A stretch of 64,000 nt of DNA from Candidatus Latescibacterota bacterium (GCA_965207885.1 OZ242311.1:2720001-2784000), one strand, 5' to 3'; shown: positions 19,723 through 29,002, counted from the stretch's first letter. The notes: generated by a model from the letters alone, not told the origin. Numbers and translations: made by a program.

Positions 19723-19769
19723 CTTCAATACTGAACCATTGTACGGACTTCAATACCGAACCATTGTAC
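19723..19769. repeat. Tandem 22-bp direct repeat (period 25) overlapping promoter
   Basis: cttcaatactgaaccattgtac / cttcaataccgaaccattgtac. Confidence 0.85.
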
Positions 19770-19791
19770 AAAAAAAAGAGTTGGATTTCAA
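19763..19791 (-). promoter_or_regulatory. Sigma70-like promoter for the leftward gene run
   Basis: TTGAAA-17 bp-TACAAT on minus strand. Confidence 0.6.
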
Positions 19792-19973
19792 CAATTCTTA
19801 AAAGACAGGTACTTACGAAAGGCGATATATGTTATTTGGGATTTTGCTCGAAAATCACCCTGAACAAATTCGCTTGCTTCATGTCCGTCCCTTTTTGTAG
19901 TATGCATCCGGATCCTGCCCCTGGACACCAGCAGTAGTTTTGGTGATTTCAAATACATTGAGGAGGAAGAAAG

Positions 19974-21518
19974 ATGAAAGCAAGACCATTCAAAGGTGCG
20001 AAGATAGGCAGGGCTCTGACCATTGCATTGCTATTGGCTTTGACCGCGGGCAACGTCGCGGCCCAAAGCCCCACCGAGCTGCCAGCCAAAGATTTGAGCA
20101 CGATTGATTTGTCAAAATCGGAAGGTGCTAAATACTTTCTCATAGTAAAGGCTTATGCCGATTATATGATTACCCGCGGGCGCGACCGTTACGGAAGAGA
20201 ACATTCGCCCCTTTTTGCCACAACGCTTAACCGGGAAACCGGAAATGTATATCGCGAAAATCCTCCCGATGCACCCAAAGGTATCCGCAATGGCGATCGC
20301 ACTTGGCGTGGTTCAAATACGTCAAAAGATAATGGTTTATACAGCATACTTTATCATTTGACAGAAATCACCGGAGATGACAAGTATGCACGGGAAGCGG
20401 ATAAAGCAATCAAATGGTTTTTTGCCAACTGCCAAAGTCCTGAAACGGGATTTATGGCCTGGGGAGAACACATCGGTTGGGATTTTTTTACAGAGGCGCC
20501 TATTAAAATGGGTACTCGATCTTTGACACACGAGTACAAAATTTTCAATTATTGGGACAAGGTGTGGGAATTTAATCCGGAAGCTGCTGAAAAGTTTGCA
20601 CTGGGATTATGGGAACACCAGATTTATGCGCACGAAGGACCAGAAGCGGGCGAGTTTAGCCGACATGCCAGTTATGACACGCATAGTCCTGGAAAAGGAA
20701 GAGCTTTTCCCGCACATGGCGGCAATTATATCTATGTTTGGACAAAAGCATATCGGGAAACTGGCAAAGAAGTTTTTTTAACCGCCATTGAAACCGTATT
20801 GAATTATTATGAGCGAAATACAACCGATAAAGGTGCGATCTTATATGCATCAGATTTTCCTGAACAATATTCTTTGAAACAAAGTATGAATCTGGCATCC
20901 AATCTTTATCGCGCAAAGGATTTTATGCCCGCAGACCTTGCAAATAGGATGAAGAAATTGTCAGAAGGAACAGATTCTTTGTATTTAAGTTTTGATCACG
21001 ATCCGTCAAAAGGCGGAAAAGGATTTCTTGAATCTGCCAATCTTATGACCCTTGTACCGGGGAATTTTCGAAGGTCAAGTACTGGAACGGATGCCTGGAC
21101 TGAAATGTGGTCGGCTGGTTATGGGGTGGGATCGGGAAGTACCGAGCAGGCAAACAAATGTTATGCGCGGTATAAACTAACAGGTATTGAAGGCTATAGA
21201 ATCCTTTTTATGAAAGCGGTGAATGCCTATTACAACGAAGATCCTCCGCCGTCAGCAGTACTTTATCCCAGCAATTATTCCAGCATATTTAATATGATGA
21301 TGAATGCGTATGAATTAACAGGGGCAGAACGTTTTTTAAGCAAAGCAAAAACGTATATGGACTTATCGGTAGAAACTTTTCTGAGTGATCAATCACCTCT
21401 ACCAAAAGCATCAAACCAAAGTGAACATTATGAAGCCATAACAGGTGGCCCAGAATTAATGGAAAATGTGCTGCGTTTATGGATCGTAATGAATCCTCAG
21501 GATCGTGCTGGAGAATAG
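19974..21518 (+). CDS. Secreted (alpha/alpha)-barrel protein, PL2 pectate-lyase-like N-terminus
   Basis: Signal peptide ending VAA-Q; YADYMITRGRDRYG...PLF motif; WGEH. Confidence 0.55.
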   Translation: MKARPFKGAKIGRALTIALLLALTAGNVAAQSPTELPAKDLSTIDLSKSEGAKYFLIVKAYADYMITRGRDRYGREHSPLFATTLNRETGNVYRENPPDAPKGIRNGDRTWRGSNTSKDNGLYSILYHLTEITGDDKYAREADKAIKWFFANCQSPETGFMAWGEHIGWDFFTEAPIKMGTRSLTHEYKIFNYWDKVWEFNPEAAEKFALGLWEHQIYAHEGPEAGEFSRHASYDTHSPGKGRAFPAHGGNYIYVWTKAYRETGKEVFLTAIETVLNYYERNTTDKGAILYASDFPEQYSLKQSMNLASNLYRAKDFMPADLANRMKKLSEGTDSLYLSFDHDPSKGGKGFLESANLMTLVPGNFRRSSTGTDAWTEMWSAGYGVGSGSTEQANKCYARYKLTGIEGYRILFMKAVNAYYNEDPPPSAVLYPSNYSSIFNMMMNAYELTGAERFLSKAKTYMDLSVETFLSDQSPLPKASNQSEHYEAITGGPELMENVLRLWIVMNPQDRAGE

Positions 21519-21626
21519 AGCTATAATCAGAAATCCCAAAAACACGTTTGTCTTTGGCATAGACACAGTCTTTCTCCGCCACAGCAAGCTGTCGGTGGCG
21601 AGCAACAGTATGTTTGGGGTGCTCAC
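21477..21626 (-). pseudogene. Start-codon stubs of a sulfatase and of a secreted protein
   Basis: AGGAG + GTG 21626 MSTPNILLLATDSL..., in frame with ATG 21560 MPKTNVFLGFLIIALF...; stops at 21477. Confidence 0.6.
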
Positions 21627-21687
21627 ACGCTATCTCCTGATTGCGATATGAAAATCCTATGCCAAATTGGGTCGCAAATCCATCAGC

Positions 21688-23157
21688 TCAGCGTTTCACC
21701 TGGGTATAGGGGCTTGAAATATACTGCTTGTAGCCGTTAACCTCTCGTCCATGATTGCTGAAGAAATCGATCTGAGAAAACCCATCCTTTAACGGTATGG
21801 CTGCCGTCCATACGCCAGTCTTTGCATCATATTCCATCTCCATCCATTGGTCTGCAGGGATTTGCTCGTGCAAGAAGGGGGCGGAACCTGCCGGAGCGCG
21901 GTCGTAGATCCACCATATACGTCCGTTTATCGGCTGAGGTCCTTCATTAAAACGCACGCTGACACTTAGTTTGTCCTTGGAGATTTTATAATTTGACTTC
22001 GGAGGCTGTAGCAAGGGCTCGCCACCAAAGAAGTGATGCCAGAGGAAGGCGTTGCGATTCTGTTCGTCCTTTGCCGTAGCGACATGCGGCGTTTGTGAGT
22101 GCCCGCCACTGGGTTCGTAATAGACAGGCAACTGGGGATGGTTTTGCGCGCCCCAAGGAACGTCAAATGCAACATAGTCATGTGTTCCCGGCTGGAAAAG
22201 AATATCGACGCCTCGCTCTTTTAGCCGATCCCAATTCTCTGTCACACACAATCTGCTAAGAATGCAATCTGCCAGGTGGTGTATTTCGTCCCAGGATCTT
22301 CCCGCTTTCAACGCAAGTTCATGCAGACTCCTCTTTGATCCCACCATAACGCCTTGATACCATTTGGCGCGTTTTTGATCCAGGTCGATATCGCCGGCCT
22401 TTACAGCCTCAAAGAATGCTTTGTTTGCCGCTCGCACGTTATCCATCTCTTCCTTGTCAAATCTTCGAGTCGGCGAATAGTAAGCAAAGGCTCTATCGGA
22501 ACATGTCGCGGTAAAACGCTCGTCATTAATCAAGGCGGTAGCAGGCGATATGCCGTTCTTGGAGCTGCCTGAGCCAGCCACTTTGCCTTTTTCAAAATGA
22601 TCGGTTTCCGCATACGCGGCGGTTACAGCCCGCATTAAAGTCATCGACCAAATCCAGACCGTCGTGTAACGCGGATTCAGGTCTTTCAGAAACAATTGCC
22701 CCATTTTTTGTTCCAGGCCTTGTTTGCCCGGAATCTGCCTCAGCGCCTTGACGTGCGTCTTAACGATGCCAACGCCACCTGCCAGCAGTTTTGCTTGAAA
22801 GGCGGTTGGGCGCGAGTCCTTCATCAGCGTCTCATATGGATTTGCTCCGGTAACACTAAAGCCCTTCGCCTTGCCTTCGAGCGGCACAATCAGGCGCACT
22901 GGAATCCGATAATCTTGTCCAGGCCACCATTCGGCGACGTTGATTTCGATTAGCTTCTGTCGCGTCGAGCCTGTCACCTCATCTACATGCCAGTCCTTCA
23001 ACGTCTTTATATCCAGCGTGCTTTCGTCAAGAATCTCTTCGGTATTGAACATGTCGCAATTCATACCAGAATCCTTCTCGGAATCGGCAGCAAACGCTAC
23101 GGAAATCGTAAAAGTCGCGAGAATAACCAGCGATGCCATTATTCTAATTCTATCCAT
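21688..23157 (-). CDS. Secreted PqaA-like alpha/beta-hydrolase-fold protein
   Basis: Signal peptide ending AFA-A; GSGSSKNG resembles PqaA GxSKxG; GTHD and GGH. Confidence 0.55.
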   Translation of the reverse strand: MDRIRIMASLVILATFTISVAFAADSEKDSGMNCDMFNTEEILDESTLDIKTLKDWHVDEVTGSTRQKLIEINVAEWWPGQDYRIPVRLIVPLEGKAKGFSVTGANPYETLMKDSRPTAFQAKLLAGGVGIVKTHVKALRQIPGKQGLEQKMGQLFLKDLNPRYTTVWIWSMTLMRAVTAAYAETDHFEKGKVAGSGSSKNGISPATALINDERFTATCSDRAFAYYSPTRRFDKEEMDNVRAANKAFFEAVKAGDIDLDQKRAKWYQGVMVGSKRSLHELALKAGRSWDEIHHLADCILSRLCVTENWDRLKERGVDILFQPGTHDYVAFDVPWGAQNHPQLPVYYEPSGGHSQTPHVATAKDEQNRNAFLWHHFFGGEPLLQPPKSNYKISKDKLSVSVRFNEGPQPINGRIWWIYDRAPAGSAPFLHEQIPADQWMEMEYDAKTGVWTAAIPLKDGFSQIDFFSNHGREVNGYKQYISSPYTQVKR

Positions 23158-23176
23158 TGCCTTCTCCTTGCTGTCT

Positions 23177-23923
23177 CTATGCCGTTTCCACTACGTTAGG
23201 ACGGCGGACGGATGGGGGCGTGAGAACGCGTTTTTGTTGCTCGGTCAGGTCTTCGTAGTCTTCGTGATTGTAGTATATTGATGCGTAGGAAGCGTGGCCG
23301 GGGGTGAATTTGTAGAGTAGGGTTCTGCGTTCGTTTTCAGCAGTCCAGGGCAAGGTTCCGTGCATCGTCGCTTCTGTGAAGATGAGGGCGTCGCCTGTTT
23401 CTGCACTTGGATTGGCGAGGTAGTGAGGGATGCGCTTAAAGGAGCGAACATCTTCAGGGACGTTGAGGGCAAAATTGGATTTGTGTGAACCGGGTACGCA
23501 GCAGAATCCGCCAGAACCTGGGGGGGCGGGTGCAAGGAAGTAGACGACTACGGTCAAGCCATTGCGCATGACGCCGTCGCGATATTTGTAATAGTGCGTA
23601 CCCGCACGATGGTCCCCACCATGGAGGCCACCTTTGCGCCCACCTTGACGCATAAAGATGCCGTAGTCGTGGTCGGCACGAAATTGGGGGCCGAGGAGTT
23701 CGCTGAGGTAAGGAATCATGTTGGGGTGGTCAAACAGATTTTGGAAGGGTTTGCCCCAGAGCGAGACTCTGCGGGGAATCTTGAGTCCGTTATTCACTTC
23801 CTCTTGGTCGGCCATTTTTTGATCGGCAATTGCATTGAGTTCGTCTACTTCGGCTTGAGAGAGTACATTTTTGACAACGATGTATCCTTGCAGGTCAAAT
23901 ATGAATTTTTCTTCAAGTGTCAC
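23177..23923 (-). CDS. PhyH-family Fe(II)/2OG oxygenase, HGG variant
   Basis: EEKFIFDLQGY, LHGG, VPGSHKS, FTEATMHG...ERR. Confidence 0.88.
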   Translation of the reverse strand: MTLEEKFIFDLQGYIVVKNVLSQAEVDELNAIADQKMADQEEVNNGLKIPRRVSLWGKPFQNLFDHPNMIPYLSELLGPQFRADHDYGIFMRQGGRKGGLHGGDHRAGTHYYKYRDGVMRNGLTVVVYFLAPAPPGSGGFCCVPGSHKSNFALNVPEDVRSFKRIPHYLANPSAETGDALIFTEATMHGTLPWTAENERRTLLYKFTPGHASYASIYYNHEDYEDLTEQQKRVLTPPSVRRPNVVETA

Positions 23924-23937
23924 GGAGAATCTCCCTT

Positions 23938-23988
23938 TCTATATGGTCAGGTAAACCAGACCCTGGTTCGCTTCTATTTTCTCTGTTC
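23938..23988. repeat. ~50-bp intergenic repeat, copy 2
   Basis: 48/51 identical to 18561-18610. Confidence 0.85.
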
Positions 23989-24003
23989 CGGCCCCTATCT
24001 TTT

Positions 24004-24068
24004 TTAGACAACCGGCCTGATTTCAGGCGCGCGCGTTCCACTTGTTCCTGCGTTAATATTTGCTCCAT
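24004..24068 (-). pseudogene. Collapsed PhyH gene scar (first ~11 and last 8 codons only)
   Basis: GGAG + ATG 24068 MEQILTQEQVE joined to APEIRPVV* (23/27 nt identical to 29039-29065). Confidence 0.75.
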
Positions 24069-24111
24069 TACATCTCCAGAAAATCAGTATTAATAAAAAC
24101 ACAGAGGGATT

Positions 24112-25539
24112 CTAAACACTCGGCAAAGGCACGGTATCTCCTGTTTCATGTTGCCACAATCGAATTTTCGCCGCCATATCGCGAATGCGATCGCGATGTT
24201 CAGGAACATCAAACAGATTGTTTTCTTCATAAGGATCTGTATTAAGGTCGAACAACTCACACTGATCACCAGCACACAAATTCAACTTCCAGCGATCACC
24301 CGTCACCACAGATCGCCAGGGCAATGTCGCCATCAAGTTAATGCTTGGATTTCCTAAATTGCGATCGCCAATCCCATTCCACTCCATAAATGCAACGTGA
24401 TCCTTCAAATCGCGCTCACCGGTGAGTGCACCAGCCAAACTCTCCCCTTCACACTGATCTGAAACTTCAACGCCCGCCAGATCCAAAAGTGTCGGCACCA
24501 AATCCGCATGCCCAAACACACCATCGATTCGTTTCTGTTCCTTATTCAACCACGGCACACTGAGCAAAAATGGCACTCGCGCAGACTCTTCGTAAAACGT
24601 CCGCTTTTCCATCATCGCATGATCGCCCACCATTTCCCCATGATCACTCGTGTAAGCAATAATCGTATTCTCCAGTTGCCCTGTCTCTTCCAATGCCTGA
24701 ATGATCCGCCCCACAGCATCATCCACAATCTTCATATTTCCGAAGTATTGCGATCTCACTTTCCGCCATCCCAATTCCGTACTTAAATCTTCACCTGCCT
24801 CCTTCTTCGTTGCATAATGCTCTGCTCGCACCCGATTAAATCGCGAATGCCCTTCAGGCTGTTTCAAAAACGTCGGGCCAACCGGCAATTCCTCAGGATC
24901 ATACAAACCGTCATACGGCCCTGTATATGGAGGGTGCGGTTCAAACGTACTGCACACCAGCAACCAGGGCTGATCGACATTTTCTCGAATAAACCGATCC
25001 GCTTCCTGCGCGACAAACGCCCCGACCTGTTGTTCCGCTGGCAAACGCGCGCGATCTCCTGCAGAAAATTGTTTCAAGTCCGGTGCCAAATGCGAGGGTG
25101 GTTCAACGCCCTGCGCCACCAACCACTCATAGTGGGAACTCATCGGCGCATCTTGAATCGTATTCAAATGCCGCAAATTATCCTGAATACTGATCCACTC
25201 ATCAAACCCATGTTGGCGAACGGTATCGTTGCCCAAATGCCATTTGCCCATATATGCCTTGCGATATGTATCTGGCATCATTTCCGCAATCGACTTTGTA
25301 TCTTCCCGTAGATGAATCCCATTCGCCACACATCCGTGCGAATGAGGGTACAACCCAGACATCAGCGTACCCCGCGATGGCGTACACACAGCCTGACCAA
25401 CATACGCATTCTCAAAAACAAAAGACCGCTCCGAAAGCGCATTCAAATGCGGCGATTGAATCCAATCATTGCCGTAACACGACATGGTATCTGTGCGTTG
25501 CTGATCTGTGAACACAAAAAGAATGTTCGGTTGATTCAT
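24112..25539 (-). CDS. Cys-type sulfatase
   Basis: QPNILFVFTDQQR, CTPSRGTLMSG, GKWHLG, SDHG. Confidence 0.93.
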   Translation of the reverse strand: MNQPNILFVFTDQQRTDTMSCYGNDWIQSPHLNALSERSFVFENAYVGQAVCTPSRGTLMSGLYPHSHGCVANGIHLREDTKSIAEMMPDTYRKAYMGKWHLGNDTVRQHGFDEWISIQDNLRHLNTIQDAPMSSHYEWLVAQGVEPPSHLAPDLKQFSAGDRARLPAEQQVGAFVAQEADRFIRENVDQPWLLVCSTFEPHPPYTGPYDGLYDPEELPVGPTFLKQPEGHSRFNRVRAEHYATKKEAGEDLSTELGWRKVRSQYFGNMKIVDDAVGRIIQALEETGQLENTIIAYTSDHGEMVGDHAMMEKRTFYEESARVPFLLSVPWLNKEQKRIDGVFGHADLVPTLLDLAGVEVSDQCEGESLAGALTGERDLKDHVAFMEWNGIGDRNLGNPSINLMATLPWRSVVTGDRWKLNLCAGDQCELFDLNTDPYEENNLFDVPEHRDRIRDMAAKIRLWQHETGDTVPLPSV

Positions 25540-25634
25540 ATCTATCCCTCAAATTTGTCGTTCGCGGTATTCCCTACTTGTTAAACCAAAGAAGCTGCAA
25601 TCCGTTTTCGCTCACAGTACTTTTTAATTTTTGT

Positions 25635-26984
25635 TCACACTTGTTTTCTGCGAAATGCGTGGGGATTTACCATTTCATATCCCCATCGATCCAACAATTC
25701 CTGCCCGTTCTCAAACGCGTCGTTCTGTTCCTTCAACAGATCTGAAAGCAAACCTTCCAGATGCGTTTGAACAGATTCTACCTCAGGCCGACCACAAAGG
25801 TTCTCCAACTGATAAGGATCTGCCTCATTGTCATACAACAACCAGGGCCCCTCCAGGTCACGCACATAAGTATAACGGCTGGTGCGAACGCCCCGATATT
25901 CCCTGCCACCATTTTTATAAGAATAATTGGCAAACGGCACGTAGCATCCAAAAAGTGAAGCCTCCAAAGGCGCATCGGCTTCACCGAGCATGTGTTTGGC
26001 AAAACTCACCCCTTCGACGCCTTCCGGTACAGGCGCGCCCACCAGATCCAACAACGTCGGCATCATATCTGGTATGCCAAAAGGGGTGTCGATTTGGCGA
26101 CCAATCCCATTTGGCAATCGCAACAGAAAGGGCACAAGAATAGATTCATCCCAGGGCCGTATTTTCCGATCATGGCCTTGCGACCCATTCATTTCACCGT
26201 GATCAGAGGTAAACACAAGAATTGTACCCTCTGTCATCCCGAGGCGTTCAAGTGCTTCTTCAACACGCCCAACACAGTGATCAAGTGCCGTAATATGCGC
26301 ATAATAACCCCACATATCATTCCGGGCAATCGCCTCACACTCAGCAGGCACATTGTCTCTCAATACGATTTCATCTTCATTGTAGAGCGCTCTGTATTCT
26401 TCCGGCACTTTGTGGAAAGGGTTATGAGGCGGGCCATATGAAACAAAAAGGAAAAAGGGATCGTCTTCACTCTGCCTGCCCTCCAGATACTCAATCGCAC
26501 AATCGGTCTGTGCAAACGCATCGTATCCTTCCCACTTTTTCATAATGCCCGAGTCATCATAATAGGGCGAATCGTAATAATTGTGCGAGCATTCGTGCGC
26601 GCGCCAAAAGTCAAAGCCCAACCGTCGCTCAGGTGGGATGAAATTTTGCTCGTGGGTATCTCCGTCCAAATGCCACTTGCCAATGTATGCGGTGTCATAA
26701 CCGTGTGACTTTAGAACCTCAGCGAATGTGGTCGTATCGGGCTCAAGCCGAATCTGGTTTAAAAAGATCCCATGCGTCAGTGGATATTGCCCGGTCAAAA
26801 GACAGGCACGAGCCGGACAACAAACCGGGCACGTTGACACAGTCGTATCCAACCGAATACTCTTTTGAGCCAGGGCATCGAGATTGGGTGTCTTAACATT
26901 TGGATCTCCCGTATACCCTGTTGCCTGTGCGCGCCACTGATCGGTCAAAATGAATACAATATTGGGCTTCTCTTTGTTGGCCAC
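25635..26984 (-). CDS. Cys-type sulfatase
   Basis: KPNIVFILTDQWR, CCPARACLLTG, GKWHLDG, SDHG; GTG start 26984 with GGAGG. Confidence 0.92.
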   Translation of the reverse strand: MANKEKPNIVFILTDQWRAQATGYTGDPNVKTPNLDALAQKSIRLDTTVSTCPVCCPARACLLTGQYPLTHGIFLNQIRLEPDTTTFAEVLKSHGYDTAYIGKWHLDGDTHEQNFIPPERRLGFDFWRAHECSHNYYDSPYYDDSGIMKKWEGYDAFAQTDCAIEYLEGRQSEDDPFFLFVSYGPPHNPFHKVPEEYRALYNEDEIVLRDNVPAECEAIARNDMWGYYAHITALDHCVGRVEEALERLGMTEGTILVFTSDHGEMNGSQGHDRKIRPWDESILVPFLLRLPNGIGRQIDTPFGIPDMMPTLLDLVGAPVPEGVEGVSFAKHMLGEADAPLEASLFGCYVPFANYSYKNGGREYRGVRTSRYTYVRDLEGPWLLYDNEADPYQLENLCGRPEVESVQTHLEGLLSDLLKEQNDAFENGQELLDRWGYEMVNPHAFRRKQV

Positions 26985-27054
26985 AAAAACCTCCCTACTT
27001 AATTGCACAACAATCAGAATGCAATCACGATACGAAAAAGTTGTCCATACCTCA

Positions 27055-27085
27055 TGATAATCAAACAAATATTGATAATCAATAT
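27055..27085. promoter_or_regulatory. Palindromic operator candidate in divergent intergenic region
   Basis: atattgat-a-atcaatat (27069-27085) plus a second tgataatcaa at 27055-27064. Confidence 0.5.
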
Positions 27086-27190
27086 AGCCCACAAAAACAA
27101 AAAATGAAGAGTATTTGCCGTAGTTCAGAAATTAACTTATTATGGGACATGGCAGAAAAGGCTTGTAAACCATCGAATGAGGAATACTCT

Positions 27191-27958
27191 ATGGCTCTAA
27201 ACGAAGATCAACTCACCTTTTACCGACAAAATGGCTACTTGCTGGCCTCCGGCCTGATTTCTGATCAGATCGCGGCTCAAGCCGAAGCGGCGATGTGGAA
27301 GCTGATGGACATGGACGCGGGGGATGCGTCCACCTGGTCGATGGTGCCGGAGACCGCCGATACGTATAACAAAGGCAGCGGTGCGGTGATCTTTAACGGG
27401 GTGCAGGATCCCGATTTGATGGCCTGCGCCACAGACGACTACCTCAACGCTGTAGCGCAGCTGCTGGGCGAACCGATTGATTCGTTGCACTCACCCGAAG
27501 CGATCTTTGCACTAAATTTGTTGGGGCGTCCGGGGCAATGGACCATGCCACGGCACCCGCACATCGACGGCCTCAACCCGAAGCATGTGCCCAAGACCTT
27601 TCCCGGGCCCTATCGCATCACCAGCCTCCTCTATCTAAGCGATATCGAACCGCAGGGCGGAGGGACCTGTGTTTGGCCTGGTTCGCCCAGCAAGATACGC
27701 GCCCTGGCTGAATCCGATCCGGTCAAGTACAAGCACCTGAAAGATCTGAACAAGGACATCCCCTCGTTAGATCTGGAACCCGGTATCGAACTGACACCGA
27801 AGCGCGGTGATATCCTTTTTTTTCAACACTTGTTCGGCCACAATGGGTCGGTCAATACTGCGGCTAAACCACGTTTTATGATGCGCTTTTTTTGTTCGTG
27901 CGAAAAATGCTACACGACCTGGCCCAAGGCGGATCATTGGGGTTTTTGGACGCCATAG
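27191..27958 (+). CDS. PhyH-family Fe(II)/2OG dioxygenase
   Basis: LNEDQLTFYRQNGY, PHID, VWPGS, GDILFFQHLFGH...PR; start 27191 with GAGG. Confidence 0.88.
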   Translation: MALNEDQLTFYRQNGYLLASGLISDQIAAQAEAAMWKLMDMDAGDASTWSMVPETADTYNKGSGAVIFNGVQDPDLMACATDDYLNAVAQLLGEPIDSLHSPEAIFALNLLGRPGQWTMPRHPHIDGLNPKHVPKTFPGPYRITSLLYLSDIEPQGGGTCVWPGSPSKIRALAESDPVKYKHLKDLNKDIPSLDLEPGIELTPKRGDILFFQHLFGHNGSVNTAAKPRFMMRFFCSCEKCYTTWPKADHWGFWTP

Positions 27959-27992
27959 GCCTCATCCCATAATACCGCCCTCCTGACTTCGA

Positions 27993-28039
27993 GTATTCGC
28001 CCTGTACCCAACCGCTTCGCGGTTCAGGCGGGCGAATAC
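27993..28039. repeat. Nested inverted repeat (REP-like hairpin)
   Basis: gtattcgccc...gggcgaatac enclosing aaccgc-ttc-gcggtt. Confidence 0.55.
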
Positions 28040-28041
28040 CG

Positions 28042-28209
28042 ATAATCGCCACCGGTGTCGTCGGGGTGACCCTCGAAAACGCGAAGGAACGTCAGGAGCA
28101 AGGGTTCAAAATGGTTGCATTAGGTTCAGAGGCAGGCCTGCTCATTCGCTGCGTGCGAGAAAGCATGGAATCTCTCGGACGTGATGTGAAACCACACCTG
28201 TGGTTATAG
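28042..28209 (+). pseudogene. C-terminal remnant of an HpcH/HpaI aldolase-family gene
   Basis: Startless frame IIATGVVGVTLENAKERQEQGFKMVALGSEAGLLIRCVRESMESLGRDVKPHLWL*. Confidence 0.65.
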
Positions 28210-28275
28210 ATTTTGAGCGATTAAAATAAAGGGGAAAGAGAAATTCAGTCATACAAGTCGACATTTCGGCATTGC

Positions 28276-28310
28276 AAAAAAAGAGGCTATCCAATAGGGA
28301 TAGCCTCTTT
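28276..28310. terminator. Rho-independent terminator between convergent units
   Basis: 13-bp stem aaagaggctatcc/ggatagcctcttt, 5-nt loop, A-tract on left (U-tract for minus strand). Confidence 0.8.
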
Positions 28311-28339
28311 GTCTATATTCGTTGTATAAAATAGTCACG

Positions 28340-28801
28340 TCAAGATGACACGTCTCTATTTCCTCCCAATTCGTCTACATCGGCGAGATCTTTGGGGCGA
28401 GCGGAGGCGCGTTTGTTTTTAATAAGATCTGCCAGAGAAATATAGAACACGGGTGTTTCTCCATAAATTCCAGAGATGCGATTCTGCCAGACCTCTTCAA
28501 ACGTAAGGCCACTGATGCTGTTCATCATTTCGATTCTTACAGGCGCAATCCCCATTCTAACAATGTTGCCAGAATCGGCAAACTCTGTGGCTTGCGCTTC
28601 AGTTGTAGCCAAACCGAATCGGTCAAGTGCATGGCGAATGTGATTGATATTTTCTCGGGTATTTCGAAAAAAGAGATCCAGATCATCGGTTGCTCGGGCA
28701 TAGCCATGGAATGCAACAGCATATCCACCGACAATCACAAATTCAACTGTCTCCGCGTTTAACAATTGTAAGAACTCTTCGAAGTCGTTGTGGATATTCA
28801 C
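28340..28801 (-). CDS. Minimal nucleotidyltransferase (Pol-beta superfamily, DUF6036-like)
   Basis: VGGYAVAFHGYARATDDLD and NKRASARPKDLAD. Confidence 0.85.
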   Translation of the reverse strand: MNIHNDFEEFLQLLNAETVEFVIVGGYAVAFHGYARATDDLDLFFRNTRENINHIRHALDRFGLATTEAQATEFADSGNIVRMGIAPVRIEMMNSISGLTFEEVWQNRISGIYGETPVFYISLADLIKNKRASARPKDLADVDELGGNRDVSS

Positions 28802-28934
28802 GGTGGGTTACCTTACACATCTCCTGGCGTAAATCCTCAAGGAGCGAAACGCGTTCGTCCCCTGTAAGATGTCGGGTATGGTCGCAGGCTTTTTCATTGG
28901 GATCAAATTTTGAAATTGTCAGAACACGTTTCAT
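28743..28934 (-). CDS. Small protein upstream of the nucleotidyltransferase (antitoxin-like partner)
   Basis: 63 aa, GAGG RBS, LTGDERVSLLEDLR...RLRRV; overlaps the NTase start. Confidence 0.6.
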   Translation of the reverse strand: MKRVLTISKFDPNEKACDHTRHLTGDERVSLLEDLRQEMCKVTHREYPQRLRRVLTIVKRGDS

Positions 28935-28973
28935 AGGACAAACCTCAAAGGAATAACTTCACCAACACAAATG

Positions 28974-29002
28974 AATATAGCCCATCAGCATAAGCGCGTC
29001 AA
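28974..29002 (-). promoter_or_regulatory. Sigma70-like promoter of the NTase module
   Basis: TTGACG-17 bp-TATATT. Confidence 0.65.

Noticed and set aside
19829-19900. Plus-strand mini-ORF MLFGILLENHPEQIRLLHVRPFL*
   Set aside because: Weak RBS and no recognisable parent
21521-21533. ctataatcagaaa (GFLII) shared with the BNR-4 gene end near 33657
   Set aside because: 13-nt AT-rich match with no flanking similarity; probably chance
28006-28028. ACCCAAC...GTTCAGG as attC
   Set aside because: Far too short, right core does not fit GTTRRRY, single copy
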